This document shows, piece after piece, positions 54,674-64,000 of a stretch of 64,000 bases of DNA. The stretch's first letter is position 1; every line of letters starts with the position of its first letter. The position numbers and the translations under genes are program-made. Location: positions 62,001 through 126,000 of the IMG/VR virus record IMGVR_UViG_3300037258_000590; one strand, 5' to 3'. The notes below the pieces were generated by a model. The model ran no database searches and was not told the DNA's origin. It saw nothing but the letters and a program-made list of their open reading frames with translations.

Positions 54674-55243
54674 TCACCCAGGTCCCTGCCCCCGGCCTTC
54701 TGGCTGAGCCTCCTGGGGCGGGAACTGAACGATGAATGCCCGCCTGGCATTCCAGGCGGCTTTTTTGATCTTGTTCAGCGGCAATACAGCCGCCAGCCAC
54801 CGGCCGTACAACTCAAGAGAGTAGGCGTTCTCGTGCCGGATCTGGTACACGGCGACCCATGTCCGGTCAGACAGGCTCGGGCAGCCGCGAAGACTGATGT
54901 CGGTATTGCGGTTTGACTCGCTCCAGCACAGGTCCAGATTAGCAGCTGAGGCAATCTGGCCCAGGCTGCCGGTCTTGAAGTGGAACACGGTGATGATCCA
55001 CTGCTGGAAGTAGCCGTGCTGGCCGCACGGCACCCACCAGACGCTGTTGCCCTCGCCGGGTTTACTCGAATGCCCGTTCGCTTTAGCGCCGGCGCACCAT
55101 TTCCCGTGGTCAAACGAGATCCTGCCTGCATACGTGGTTCCGGACACGCCGGGTGCTGCGCTCGCGGCGCTCGTACCCGCAACGGCCAGGCTAGTGACCA
55201 GGGCAGCACTGAGTGCCGCCGCGGCGAGAGATTTCTTGAACAT
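54674..55243 (-). CDS. Secreted ricin-B-like protein
   Basis: Signal peptide; C...C..QQW and C...C pattern. Confidence 0.55.
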   Translation of the reverse strand: MFKKSLAAAALSAALVTSLAVAGTSAASAAPGVSGTTYAGRISFDHGKWCAGAKANGHSSKPGEGNSVWWVPCGQHGYFQQWIITVFHFKTGSLGQIASAANLDLCWSESNRNTDISLRGCPSLSDRTWVAVYQIRHENAYSLELYGRWLAAVLPLNKIKKAAWNARRAFIVQFPPQEAQPEGRGQGPG

Positions 55244-55344
55244 GATTCTCCTGTCTTGTACAGCGGATGCGCGGGCACCTCCGGGCTAGCAGGCGACTCC
55301 TGCCCGGCGGGCCGCCGTGATCCGCGCGATGCGGATAACGCGGA

Positions 55345-55938
55345 TCACGGCACGGGTACGTGTCTCGTCCACCCCTTGGCGAAAACGAGGCCGCGGTTGG
55401 CGGAGCGGCCATTGATCTTGGTGCCGCGCTTGAGCCACTGGGCTGGCCCGGCACCGTTGAAGCAGGAGAGCCAGCGGCCAGCGGTGTTCTTGATGCCGTT
55501 CGCGGCACCTTCTCTAACACCGCCGGTGACGACGAGACCCTGGCGGGGATCGAGGTGCTTGCGATGTGAGCAGTCATACGTCACTGCGCGGCCCGCGTCG
55601 TCACCGGCCTGCCCGGCCACGCAGATGTCCGGGTCGGCGCTGAGCCACAGCAGCAGGACACCGCCGATCTGGATGCCGGTCCAGAGCTGGAGCCCGTCGC
55701 CGTTCTTGCAGCCGCCGATGAACACCGCGGCGCCAGGATGCGGCGACGTGGCTTCCAGGCACAGCAGCTTGTGGCCGGCCGGATGGATCTGGGTCAGGTC
55801 GGAGTGGTAGGGGGCTACGGCCGCCGGGACAGCTGAGGTGGCTGCCGTCGCGCTCGCGGCGGCGGCGGTTCCGGCAGCCGTCCCGCCAGCGAGCAGGGCA
55901 GCGCTGAGTGCCATGGTGACAGCGGTCTTCCTGAACAT
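55345..55938 (-). CDS. Secreted ricin-B-like protein
   Basis: Signal peptide; LCLEA...GGC...QLW, ICV...YDC. Confidence 0.6.
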   Translation of the reverse strand: MFRKTAVTMALSAALLAGGTAAGTAAAASATAATSAVPAAVAPYHSDLTQIHPAGHKLLCLEATSPHPGAAVFIGGCKNGDGLQLWTGIQIGGVLLLWLSADPDICVAGQAGDDAGRAVTYDCSHRKHLDPRQGLVVTGGVREGAANGIKNTAGRWLSCFNGAGPAQWLKRGTKINGRSANRGLVFAKGWTRHVPVP

Positions 55939-55976
55939 GATTTCTCCTGATCGTCGGTCTTGCCTGCTGCTACGTG

Positions 55977-56567
55977 CTACCGCTGAGATAGCACGTGACG
56001 TTCTAGTTCAGTGAGGTTCCATACGGCCAGGACGACCCACAGGTCACCGCGGAGGTGCCGCAGGAGAGCCGGGTCAACAGGCGCCACCCGGGTCCATTCC
56101 TCCACTTCCCACAAGATGTGCCGGCGGTGCAGCCTGCTGCGGCGGGGCCGGTGCTCGGGCGGGATGATCGGCACGATGGTGCTGCCGCGGTGCCAGGCTT
56201 GCCTGATCCGCGGGGGCGCGTCGCCGGCGGGCACGCGCACCCGGACGGAGTGGGCTCCGACGAGAGCACCGCGGTTGACGTTCTCATCATCGCGATCGGC
56301 AAAGATCAGGTCGCCGTGCTGCCAGCTGGCGAAGCAGATCTCGGTGTCGGCGCGGGCGATGGCGATCTTCGGCAGGCCATTGCCGAAGAATTCACCGGCG
56401 ATAACGGTGCGGGGCAGGCTGATGAAAGGAAGCCCGCGAAGCGCGGCGCGGTAACCACAAGCGATGGCCTCGTCTTCGGCGGTACGTTCCTCGCCAACCA
56501 GGCCGGCGTAACTGGCTAGCTTGGCCTTGGCCTCGTCGGGCGGTATGACAAACGATGCCAGCTCCAT
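55977..56567 (-). CDS. Hypothetical protein
   Basis: 196 aa, GGAGG RBS. Confidence 0.55.
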   Translation of the reverse strand: MELASFVIPPDEAKAKLASYAGLVGEERTAEDEAIACGYRAALRGLPFISLPRTVIAGEFFGNGLPKIAIARADTEICFASWQHGDLIFADRDDENVNRGALVGAHSVRVRVPAGDAPPRIRQAWHRGSTIVPIIPPEHRPRRSRLHRRHILWEVEEWTRVAPVDPALLRHLRGDLWVVLAVWNLTELERHVLSQR

Positions 56568-56594
56568 AACGTGACCTCCTGGTCGTCTGCGCGG

Positions 56595-56969
56595 TCAGCC
56601 TCCGGCCAGCCGCCGTTCGCGGCGTTCGCGAACCTCATCGGTACTGTCACCGCGGACCTCGCCGGGCGCGAAGTCGTGCAGCTGGGTGAGGCACATCCGG
56701 ATCTCGCGGGCGTGCCCGGCGGCGTCGCGGCCCACGACGAGATGTGCATCCAGTTCGCTGGCCAGCCGGAGGGCCGCGGCGGCGATACCGCCCTTGCGCA
56801 TGTCATCGGGATACCGGGCCAGGTCGCGGCGCACGGCCAGCTCCACCGGTCCCTTGCGCTGCCGGGCCTGCCTCGGGCGCGGCGGGGGCGGCTGGACGGG
56901 AGCCGGGTCGAGCCGGTCCAGCTCGGTCTGCGGTCCGGGCTGAGCGGGCTGTGCCTTGCGCGGCGGCAT
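56595..56969 (-). CDS. Putative terminase small subunit
   Basis: ALRLASELD..AGHAREIR..L.QL...DSTDEVRERRERR pattern as in actinophage TerS (recognition only). Confidence 0.5.
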   Translation of the reverse strand: MPPRKAQPAQPGPQTELDRLDPAPVQPPPPRPRQARQRKGPVELAVRRDLARYPDDMRKGGIAAAALRLASELDAHLVVGRDAAGHAREIRMCLTQLHDFAPGEVRGDSTDEVRERRERRLAGG

Positions 56970-57227
56970 CTTTCACCTCAATCGCGTAAATGCGCCGCAC
57001 CTGCCTGCCGTCAGTAGCTACGGCCCAGTCGTGCACCGCGATCGTGAACGGGATTCCGGGCAGCGGTGGCTCGCAATACCAGTCCTGCCAGTATGGCCCG
57101 CTGCGCTCGCGCCAGTGCAGTCCCGGGTCGCTCACGCGGGCTTCCAGGGTGGCGGCGAAATCAGCCAGGACCTGCATATCGGACGGGCTCACCGGGCGGC
57201 CGTCGAAATTGCAGCGCGCGCAGGCCA

Positions 57228-57530
57228 TCAGTAATCCCCTTTTTCCCGGTAGCCCGGTCCGGGCGCATCCTCGTCCTCACCGCAGCACTGCGCAAGCCAG
57301 CCGCTTGCCCCGTCCGCGCGGATCTGCTCGCCTTCGGGGAACTCATCGCCGCAGCCCGCGCAAAGGCCGTCGTATCCGGCGGCGAACCACGGGCCGTACG
57401 CTGACGGCGGCGCGGGTGCGGGCTGGGCGAAGAACCCGCGCAACGTCCCCGCAGGCGGCGGGCTCATTCCCGGCCGGGGCGCGCAGGCAGCGCAGGCGCT
57501 CAGCTCCAGGTCATGCTTGCACAGGGCCAT
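57228..57530 (-). CDS. Cys-rich hypothetical protein
   Basis: CKH..CAAC; CAGC...CC. Confidence 0.5.
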   Translation of the reverse strand: MALCKHDLELSACAACAPRPGMSPPPAGTLRGFFAQPAPAPPSAYGPWFAAGYDGLCAGCGDEFPEGEQIRADGASGWLAQCCGEDEDAPGPGYREKGDY

Positions 57531-57812
57531 GCTTTGATAGTATAAGACGACGGCAAAGGACGCTACTGCCGAGCTGGAGGTTCAGTGACGGATCCAGGCG
57601 CGGGTCGGCTGACCTGCGATCCTGACCTGCCCAGGGACCTATCTCCGGTCCCGCACGACTACGAATGCCAGGGCGAGGAGTACGGCTCCCTGCGCGACGG
57701 CGGCTCGTACGAGCGGCTGTGCTGCAGGAACTGTCTCCGGATCGCCTGCCGCTCACTGCCGGACTGACGTTTCCCGCAAGAAACCCGTACACCAAGGAAG
57801 GCACCTGACCTG

Positions 57813-58400
57813 ATGCCCAGAACTTTGCCCCAGCCGCACGAAGGTATTACCGGCATCAGCCGAGATGACTGGCTGCTGTCCCTGGATGAGCGGGCGGTCG
57901 CGCACCGGGAGGCCCTGATCATCATGGCCAGGCACCTGTCTACGGCTACCCTGGTCGGCCAGCCCGCACCGGTAGTCAGGCGGATGAGCAGGCGGATGGC
58001 AGATCCGAGGGCCGGCGACCTGGCGGTGACTACTGAAGTGCTGTACGGCCGCCAGGTCGCCGGTGACCGGATCAAGGGCTTCGGCATCCTGCTTGCGCAC
58101 CGCCAGGAGTGGGGAGAGCCTGACACGAGCTGGGCAGCTACGTGCCTGCGCGAAGGCTGGAACCCGGTGACGGAAGAACGCTACGCAGAAACCGCGTGTT
58201 ACCTCCAGTACGGCTGCAGGGCCAGCGATGTATGCCGGTGGGTTAACTCGCTGCCGGTCGCCCTGCCTGCCTGGATCAGCTCGTTCAACCTGGACGCCGC
58301 TGCTGAACGCAGCGAAACAGGCGTCACGTTCACCCGGGACAGCCTCATTACCGGACTGGCCGACTCAGGCTTCACCCTTCGCGGGCCAGAGCGGCTATGA
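57813..58400 (+). CDS. Hypothetical protein
   Basis: 195-aa ORF. Confidence 0.5.
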   Translation: MPRTLPQPHEGITGISRDDWLLSLDERAVAHREALIIMARHLSTATLVGQPAPVVRRMSRRMADPRAGDLAVTTEVLYGRQVAGDRIKGFGILLAHRQEWGEPDTSWAATCLREGWNPVTEERYAETACYLQYGCRASDVCRWVNSLPVALPAWISSFNLDAAAERSETGVTFTRDSLITGLADSGFTLRGPERL

Positions 58401-58666
58401 CTAGTCCGCGCGGCACGGTAACCGGACTGCCCGCCGCCGTCTGCTATCACCCTGATCCAGAGATCAACAGGGAGGTCATCGCCGACGCGACCGACGCCGA
58501 GCGCGCGGACCTCGCCGCGGGCTACTCGCCCCGCCGCTGGCGCTGCATCTGCGGTACCGAGCATTCGCGCGGCCACGTCGCCGGGACTATCGGCGTTCAC
58601 CGCTGCCTGGCGTGCGGCTACACCGGTACCGGGGGCGTGATGTCCGAGGACGAGGGGCGGCCGTGA
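58397..58666 (+). CDS. Small Zn-ribbon protein
   Basis: CICG..H..HRCLAC; 4-nt overlap. Confidence 0.5.
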   Translation: MTSPRGTVTGLPAAVCYHPDPEINREVIADATDAERADLAAGYSPRRWRCICGTEHSRGHVAGTIGVHRCLACGYTGTGGVMSEDEGRP

Positions 58667-59280
58667 TGAGCAATGACCCCGGGCCCCTTCCCGGCCACCT
58701 GAAGTCGATGATCACCGGTCTTGTATCCGGCATCGAGCCCACCGATGACCTCGGGCGGGAGCACCGCCGGAACGCCCTGTCGTGGCTGGCCCGGACCGAT
58801 GACATCTTCCGGCGGGTGAAGCCGGTCACCCCGTCACCCCATCTGGTGTCGTACTTCCTGCTTGTCGACCGGCCGGCCGGGAGCGTGCTCCTCTGCGACC
58901 ACCGGCTGTCCGGCCTGTGGCTGCCGGCCGGGGGGCATGTCGAGCCCGGCGAGCACCCGTTCGACACCGTTCGCCGCGAGGCCGCCGAAGAACTCGGCGT
59001 CACTGCGCAACCCGACCCGGCATCCGGGGCCAGCCCGTTCCTTCTCACGATGACCGAGACCGTAGGTCCGCCCGCGACGCGGCACGTGGACGTCAGCCTC
59101 TGGTTCGCCTTCGCCGGTCACATCAGGCAGCCTCTGCATCCATGTCCACGTGAATTCGCTCAGGTCCGGTGGTGGGCGGGCGCGGAACTGGCGAACGCTG
59201 ACCTCGGCCGGTTTGAACCGCACTTGGTGCGTGCCCTGGGCGCGCTAAGCCTCACCTCGCCCGCTGGACGTACACGTTGA
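58666..59280 (+). CDS. NUDIX hydrolase
   Basis: WLPAGGHVEPGE...RREAAEELG Nudix box. Confidence 0.88.
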   Translation: MSNDPGPLPGHLKSMITGLVSGIEPTDDLGREHRRNALSWLARTDDIFRRVKPVTPSPHLVSYFLLVDRPAGSVLLCDHRLSGLWLPAGGHVEPGEHPFDTVRREAAEELGVTAQPDPASGASPFLLTMTETVGPPATRHVDVSLWFAFAGHIRQPLHPCPREFAQVRWWAGAELANADLGRFEPHLVRALGALSLTSPAGRTR

Positions 59281-59347
59281 GCCGGGACTCCCTGGTGCCC
59301 CAGCTGAATGCGAACGGCATGCGGGCACCGGAGAGCTGGACACCGCG

Positions 59348-60112
59348 ATGGAAGTAGTGTTCGACGGCTGCTGCGGTGAGGGCGGCGGTACCCGCGGCTG
59401 GGCTGAATCTGGCGCCTGCGTGATCGGCTGCGATATCAACCCGGCCTGCCGGGATGGGTACCTGCGGAGCGGCGCCGCGGAGTTCGTCTGCGCCGACATC
59501 CTGGATGTCCTGGCCGACAAGTCGTTCATGAGCCGGTTTACCTTCGTAGCCTGCGGATTTCCTTGTCAGCGGTATTCCCAGATGACCCGCTGCCGGCCGG
59601 GGCTGCGCGATACGTACCCAGAGCTGATCACTCCGGGTAGGCCATTGCTGAACGCGCTGTCACTGCCGTACGTGATAGAGAATGTCGGTGCCGCGCGGCC
59701 GTGGCTCCAGGAGCCTGTCACGCTGTGCATGTGGATGCTCGGCCGCGAGACCTACCGGCACCGGCTGATCGAGGCCGGCGGCGGGTTCCAGCTGCGCCCG
59801 CCGCCGCCTCCGCCCCCTGGCTCGCCTGCGTGGCTCGCGCCGGCCGGCTGCGTGACCGCGCTGAGAGGTGCCCGCGTCAACCGCGAGTGCGGCTGGCCGC
59901 ACCCCGTGCCGACCGCCAGGGCCGGGCACTGGCAGCCGGGCAAGTTCGTCTCCGTCGCCGGGCATGAACGCAAAGAACCCGTCCAGCGCGTGATGGAGAT
60001 CGGGTGGATGAGCGACCGGGACGCCGTGGCCGAGGCGATCCCGCCCTACCTGAGTGCATGGATAGCAGGCCAGCTGCGCAACTGGCGCCAGGATCAGGAG
60101 GCAGCAGCATGA
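59348..60112 (+). CDS. DNA (cytosine-5)-methyltransferase, phage type
   Basis: DGCCGEGG, GCDI, GFPCQ, IENV, RHRLIE, EAIPP. Confidence 0.8.
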   Translation: MEVVFDGCCGEGGGTRGWAESGACVIGCDINPACRDGYLRSGAAEFVCADILDVLADKSFMSRFTFVACGFPCQRYSQMTRCRPGLRDTYPELITPGRPLLNALSLPYVIENVGAARPWLQEPVTLCMWMLGRETYRHRLIEAGGGFQLRPPPPPPPGSPAWLAPAGCVTALRGARVNRECGWPHPVPTARAGHWQPGKFVSVAGHERKEPVQRVMEIGWMSDRDAVAEAIPPYLSAWIAGQLRNWRQDQEAAA

Positions 60113-60488
60113 CGACCGCGGCTTCAGGTGCCGGCGCTGCGGAAACGGTGCCGGACCCTGATCCCGCCAATCACGGAGCCCGGATCTGATGGCCGCCCTC
60201 GTGCACATCCGGACCGGGGTCCGTCTTGCAGCCTGTGACACGGAGGACTCCCGGTCCCCGGGCCTGTAACCCGCGAGACCCCCGCCAGGAACGGCTGGCG
60301 GGGGTCTCTCGATACCGGACGGGCGCATCCGGTCCGGGCGGGGATCACAGGATCAGCATGCCCGCGTTAAGCCGTGCCTATCCGCGGCGCACTGGCTTAG
60401 GTAAACCTTAACCAGGCATCCGGCGTCTGGAGTAACGTAATCGCTCGTCCCGGCACGGAGCCGGGCTGGGATCACGAGAGGATGCTTT

Positions 60489-61730
60489 ATGTCACGGAAA
60501 ATCAGGCTCGCAGCAGCTGCTGCCGGGCTGGCGCTCGCTGCGGGTACCGCGGTCCTGGCGGCTAGCCCAGCCAGTGCCAGTACTCCGGGCTGTGCATTCA
60601 GCAACGGGTGCGCCACGCTCCAGGGTGTCGACATGGCCAGCCACGCGGTGGCCATGGATGCGAAGTACCAGAAGGCGACGGAGATCGTGATCGGCTACCC
60701 GGACAAGCCGGGTGACGGGGCGACGAACTTCGACGCGGTACTGCACTTCACCACCGGGCCCAGGAGCACGTCCTACCAGGACACCGGACTGCAGCTCAGC
60801 CCGACCTTCACCAGCATCCCGTGCCTCACCGGAACCCCGGGCCCCCAGACTCCTGGCATCACTCCTGGCGCGCTGATCGTGACGGGCCACACGCTCACGG
60901 TGCAGGCGACATCAGGCAGCGTCACCGCCTCACCATCGTCCGGGGCGCTCATCACGGTCAACGGCGGCACCACGGGCGGGACGCTCACGGTCAACCAGGT
61001 GTACGCGAATGACGGCAGCTCGTGCGTGGCTGCCTACGCCTACAACGTCACCGCCGGAGCCACCCCGGTCCTCACCCACACGAGCACCGACTTCGCGGAG
61101 CTGAAGTTCCCGACCAGCCCCGGAAGCTCGCAGTTCACCTTCCTGGACTCCGACACGGCCGGCGCGTTCAGCTTCACCGGCCTGCCGGCGGGCATCTCAG
61201 TGAGCGGCGGGACGCTGACGGCCAGCACGTCGACCGCTGTTCCCGGCACCTACACCAACGTCGGGGTCACGTTCACGGCGACGGACGGTGCGGTCTTCAC
61301 TGCCACGTTCACGCTCACGGTGTCCGCGGTCAAGACGGTCAACCCCGGCGCGCACGTGCCGTACTACACGTTCGTCTTCGCCAAGGCCGGCGTGTGGAGC
61401 AACATGTGCGTCACCGACATCAACGGCTCCGGCGCGCTCAAGCTGCAGACCTGCACCCTGGGCAAGAACCAGTACCAGGACTTCTACGCCCTGGACGGTT
61501 CAGGGCACCCGAGCCAGGCCCTGACCGGCGGCGGCCAGTTCTCCATCCAGAACCGGCTGGCCGCGGTAGCGAACCCGGCGGGGTCCTGCCTCACCGACCC
61601 GTCCAGCCTGAACCCGGGCACCCCGCAGTCTGACCCCGCTGACGAAGCAGGCGCCCCTATCTTCGGGCGTCAGCTCCGCACTGACGGCTCATGCACGTCA
61701 ACCGCGGACAAGTGGTCCTGGGCCAGCTGA
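60489..61730 (+). CDS. Secreted Ig-like/ricin-like surface protein
   Basis: Signal peptide; FTGLPAGISVS.GTLTAS Ig-like repeat; CVTD..LKLQTC..QDF. Confidence 0.6.
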   Translation: MSRKIRLAAAAAGLALAAGTAVLAASPASASTPGCAFSNGCATLQGVDMASHAVAMDAKYQKATEIVIGYPDKPGDGATNFDAVLHFTTGPRSTSYQDTGLQLSPTFTSIPCLTGTPGPQTPGITPGALIVTGHTLTVQATSGSVTASPSSGALITVNGGTTGGTLTVNQVYANDGSSCVAAYAYNVTAGATPVLTHTSTDFAELKFPTSPGSSQFTFLDSDTAGAFSFTGLPAGISVSGGTLTASTSTAVPGTYTNVGVTFTATDGAVFTATFTLTVSAVKTVNPGAHVPYYTFVFAKAGVWSNMCVTDINGSGALKLQTCTLGKNQYQDFYALDGSGHPSQALTGGGQFSIQNRLAAVANPAGSCLTDPSSLNPGTPQSDPADEAGAPIFGRQLRTDGSCTSTADKWSWAS

Positions 61731-61906
61731 CCGCTGCCGTAAGACTTCCCGCAAGCGGTCCGCCTGAGGGTGGGATTGCGCCGGAAACGGCCAGGCTGCC
61801 GGTCCTGTCACTGAGCATTACCGGCCCCGAGGACCGCCCAACCCAGCGGAGCCCCCTGTCTCGCGTGGTCACGAGGCAGGGGGCTCCGTCATTGCGGCTC
61901 AGGCGG

Positions 61907-62437
61907 TCAGGCCCACGGCTCCTGATCTACAGCCATGCTGGTGGACTGCAGGCCATCCGGGGTCCAGTAGTTAGACTTCTGCCGCTTGCGCCAGAGGAAC
62001 AGCACGGTAATCAGCCGCGGGCTGACCTCGGTGATTGAATGGGCCTGCGTGTGCCGGAGCCGGTGCACGCCGAACCGCTGGTGCCGGACGTGCCGCTTGA
62101 CGGTCAGGTCAGCCGGGTCGTCATAGACGTCTTCCGCGTACCAGCCGAATTTCCAGCTCCAGAATGTCCGGGAATGGTCGTGCGGGTACTTCCGCTGGTC
62201 GTCAGCCCTCCCGATCCGGGTGACATCGACTGAAGCCAGCGGAGTCCGGAAGACGATAAAGCGGGTCAGGAACCGCTCACCGTTGATATCAGAGGTATAC
62301 GGCCAGTACAGCCGCAGACTGCCTTCGGCATCGATGCCTGCACCAAGGAGGGCCCAGCCGGGCATGCCACCGTGCTTGCGTACGGTCTTCGCAGTGACGC
62401 TGGTATTCGCGGCCCTGCTGGATTCGGTTATCTTCAC
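61907..62437 (-). CDS. Hypothetical protein
   Basis: 176-aa ORF, AAGGA RBS. Confidence 0.45.
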   Translation of the reverse strand: MKITESSRAANTSVTAKTVRKHGGMPGWALLGAGIDAEGSLRLYWPYTSDINGERFLTRFIVFRTPLASVDVTRIGRADDQRKYPHDHSRTFWSWKFGWYAEDVYDDPADLTVKRHVRHQRFGVHRLRHTQAHSITEVSPRLITVLFLWRKRQKSNYWTPDGLQSTSMAVDQEPWA

Positions 62438-62479
62438 GGAGTCCTTTCCTGATCGTCTCGTGTGATACTCAGCGATTGC

Positions 62480-62749
62480 CTACTCACGCCAGGCGGCGGT
62501 CTCATCCTGGTAGGCCAGGAACGCTTCGGCGGCGGCTTCCTTCGCAGCACCAGCGTTCACGGCCATGTCGGTGATGTGCGTGCCCGCCTGCTCCAAGCCC
62601 TGGCCGCCAGCCCACTCAGCCAGCTCGTCCAGCTTGCGGGCCAGGGTCTCGCAGAACCCCGGCAGGCCTTCGATAGTGGCATGCAGCTCCGCGGGGTCCT
62701 CCGGGATGAACCCGGCGGCGACAGTCTCGGTCAGGTCATCGATCTTCAC
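62480..62749 (-). CDS. Small helical acidic protein
   Basis: Shares the GFIP motif with the upstream gene. Confidence 0.5.
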   Translation of the reverse strand: MKIDDLTETVAAGFIPEDPAELHATIEGLPGFCETLARKLDELAEWAGGQGLEQAGTHITDMAVNAGAAKEAAAEAFLAYQDETAAWRE

Positions 62750-63354
62750 CGCAAGTGACTCCTTGCATCCAGCCAGAATGCGTTGGCGCTGTGATACGTT
62801 CCGCGGGCCTCATCAGCGGCCTGGCCCATTGCGGTCATCATCCCGGCTAGGGCGCCGAGCTGGTCACCGGTAACCGGCCTGTCCAGCTCCTGTTCAGCCC
62901 ACACAGCCATGCGGCGTAGTTCTTCAGCTAGCAGCCCGGCCAGCTGGGAGATGGAGCCGAGCGTATCGGCCAGGGCGAAGCCAGCCGGGAAAGTGCCGTC
63001 CGGGATGAAGCCTTCAGCGACGTCCTCGGCCAGCGTTTCCGCGGGCGCGTACGAGCAGTCTTCACCTTCGAGCCAGTGCGTATTATCCGCCCGGAACCTG
63101 GCGCTGCAGGTTTCAGCAGCCGTGGCGGCTTGCTGCGGATACGGGATAAGGGCCTGAATCAGGTCACCGGGCCTGCCGCCGACGCCCCGCAACGCGGCAG
63201 CCCATTCGGCCAGCTCCGGCAGTCCGGCTGCCATGGCGCGGAACACATCCGGCAGCACGGCCAGCGCGCCGGCCAGTTCACGCGCGGTACCTGGCTGCAG
63301 GCCCGCTGACGCGCTGTCGATCATTGCTTCGATGTTGTCGCTAGGGGCTAGCAC
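62746..63354 (-). CDS. Helical protein with internal repeat
   Basis: Two ~100-aa halves with LAEWA/MAVWA; 4-nt overlap. Confidence 0.5.
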   Translation of the reverse strand: MLAPSDNIEAMIDSASAGLQPGTARELAGALAVLPDVFRAMAAGLPELAEWAAALRGVGGRPGDLIQALIPYPQQAATAAETCSARFRADNTHWLEGEDCSYAPAETLAEDVAEGFIPDGTFPAGFALADTLGSISQLAGLLAEELRRMAVWAEQELDRPVTGDQLGALAGMMTAMGQAADEARGTYHSANAFWLDARSHLR

Positions 63355-63554
63355 CGGGCGCCTCCGGTTTCAGGTGCGATCTCCGCGATGTCCCAGTCGT
63401 CTCCCCGGATGTAGCGTACGGAGTACCCGCTGGAATAGCGGTGGACCTCGGCGAAGTGCAGGCAGACGACTACCTCGTCATTAGCCATGATCTCCGGGCA
63501 CCAGCCACACTGCACGAGTCCTCCGAGGATGTGCGGCTGTGACAGCACCATCGG

Positions 63555-63998
63555 TCAGGCTCCCAGCGCCCAGGCGGCGCGCAGCAGGCGGAGCGGGTTC
63601 CACTGGCTGCGCCGCTCAGCAGCCAGGATTACCTCAGCTTGCTTCTCATTCGCCCAGCCGTCCCACGGGACGTAGACGGCGCGACCTGACCGGCGGTACC
63701 GCCAGTAGTTGCTCTTGGTCAGGTTACATGGCTTGCATAGCGCCCGGCAGTTGAACAAGGTAGTAAGCCCGCCGAGTGACCACGGCATCGTGTGATCAAC
63801 TTCCAGGTGGTCGGCGTGTACCATCAGCCGGGCCCGGCAGCTGACGCACCGGTTCCGGTCGGCAGCGAGGACGACACGGCGCAAGCCGGCGCTGATCCGC
63901 GCGGATCGCTGTTCTTCTCGCGGGCGCCGCTTACGGTACCGCTTGCGCCAGTCTCGGGGGACGCACCCGGCTCGCAGCAGTGCAGGCAGGAAGTACAA
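63555..63998 (-). CDS. HNH endonuclease (5' end possibly outside window)
   Basis: RCVSC, EVDHTMPWSLGG, NCRALCKPCNLTKS. Confidence 0.85.
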   Translation of the reverse strand: MYFLPALLRAGCVPRDWRKRYRKRRPREEQRSARISAGLRRVVLAADRNRCVSCRARLMVHADHLEVDHTMPWSLGGLTTLFNCRALCKPCNLTKSNYWRYRRSGRAVYVPWDGWANEKQAEVILAAERRSQWNPLRLLRAAWALGA

Positions 63999-64000
63999 GC

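Overview
High-GC segment of a large actinobacterial tailed phage or prophage; no integrase is visible in the window. A mostly minus-strand morphogenesis region carries a TerS-like gene, terminase large subunit, portal, HK97 prohead protease and major capsid protein. TerL and portal each contain an intein. Accessory modules in this backbone: (i) a compact type V CRISPR locus, a 550-aa TnpB/Cas12n-like RuvC effector whose stop codon lies in the first of 22 repeats, with a candidate anti-repeat inside its own 3' CDS and no cas1/cas2; (ii) a glycan cluster (glycosyltransferases, one with an intein and a 5-bp frameshifting duplication, two FkbM methyltransferases, a sugar C-methyltransferase, a cupin, two SDR epimerase/dehydratases); (iii) a plus-strand RNA island with 40 tRNA genes covering all 20 amino acids (12 with C33 instead of U33), several unassigned structured RNAs, and four tandem Y-RNA-like genes directly upstream of a Ro60/TROVE gene; (iv) an adenylosuccinate-synthetase-like/VWA/J-domain-kinase/DEDD/NADAR/ThyX module, secreted ricin-like proteins, a NUDIX hydrolase and a C5 DNA methyltransferase. 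All calls come from manual reading of the sequence; no database search or folding program was run.
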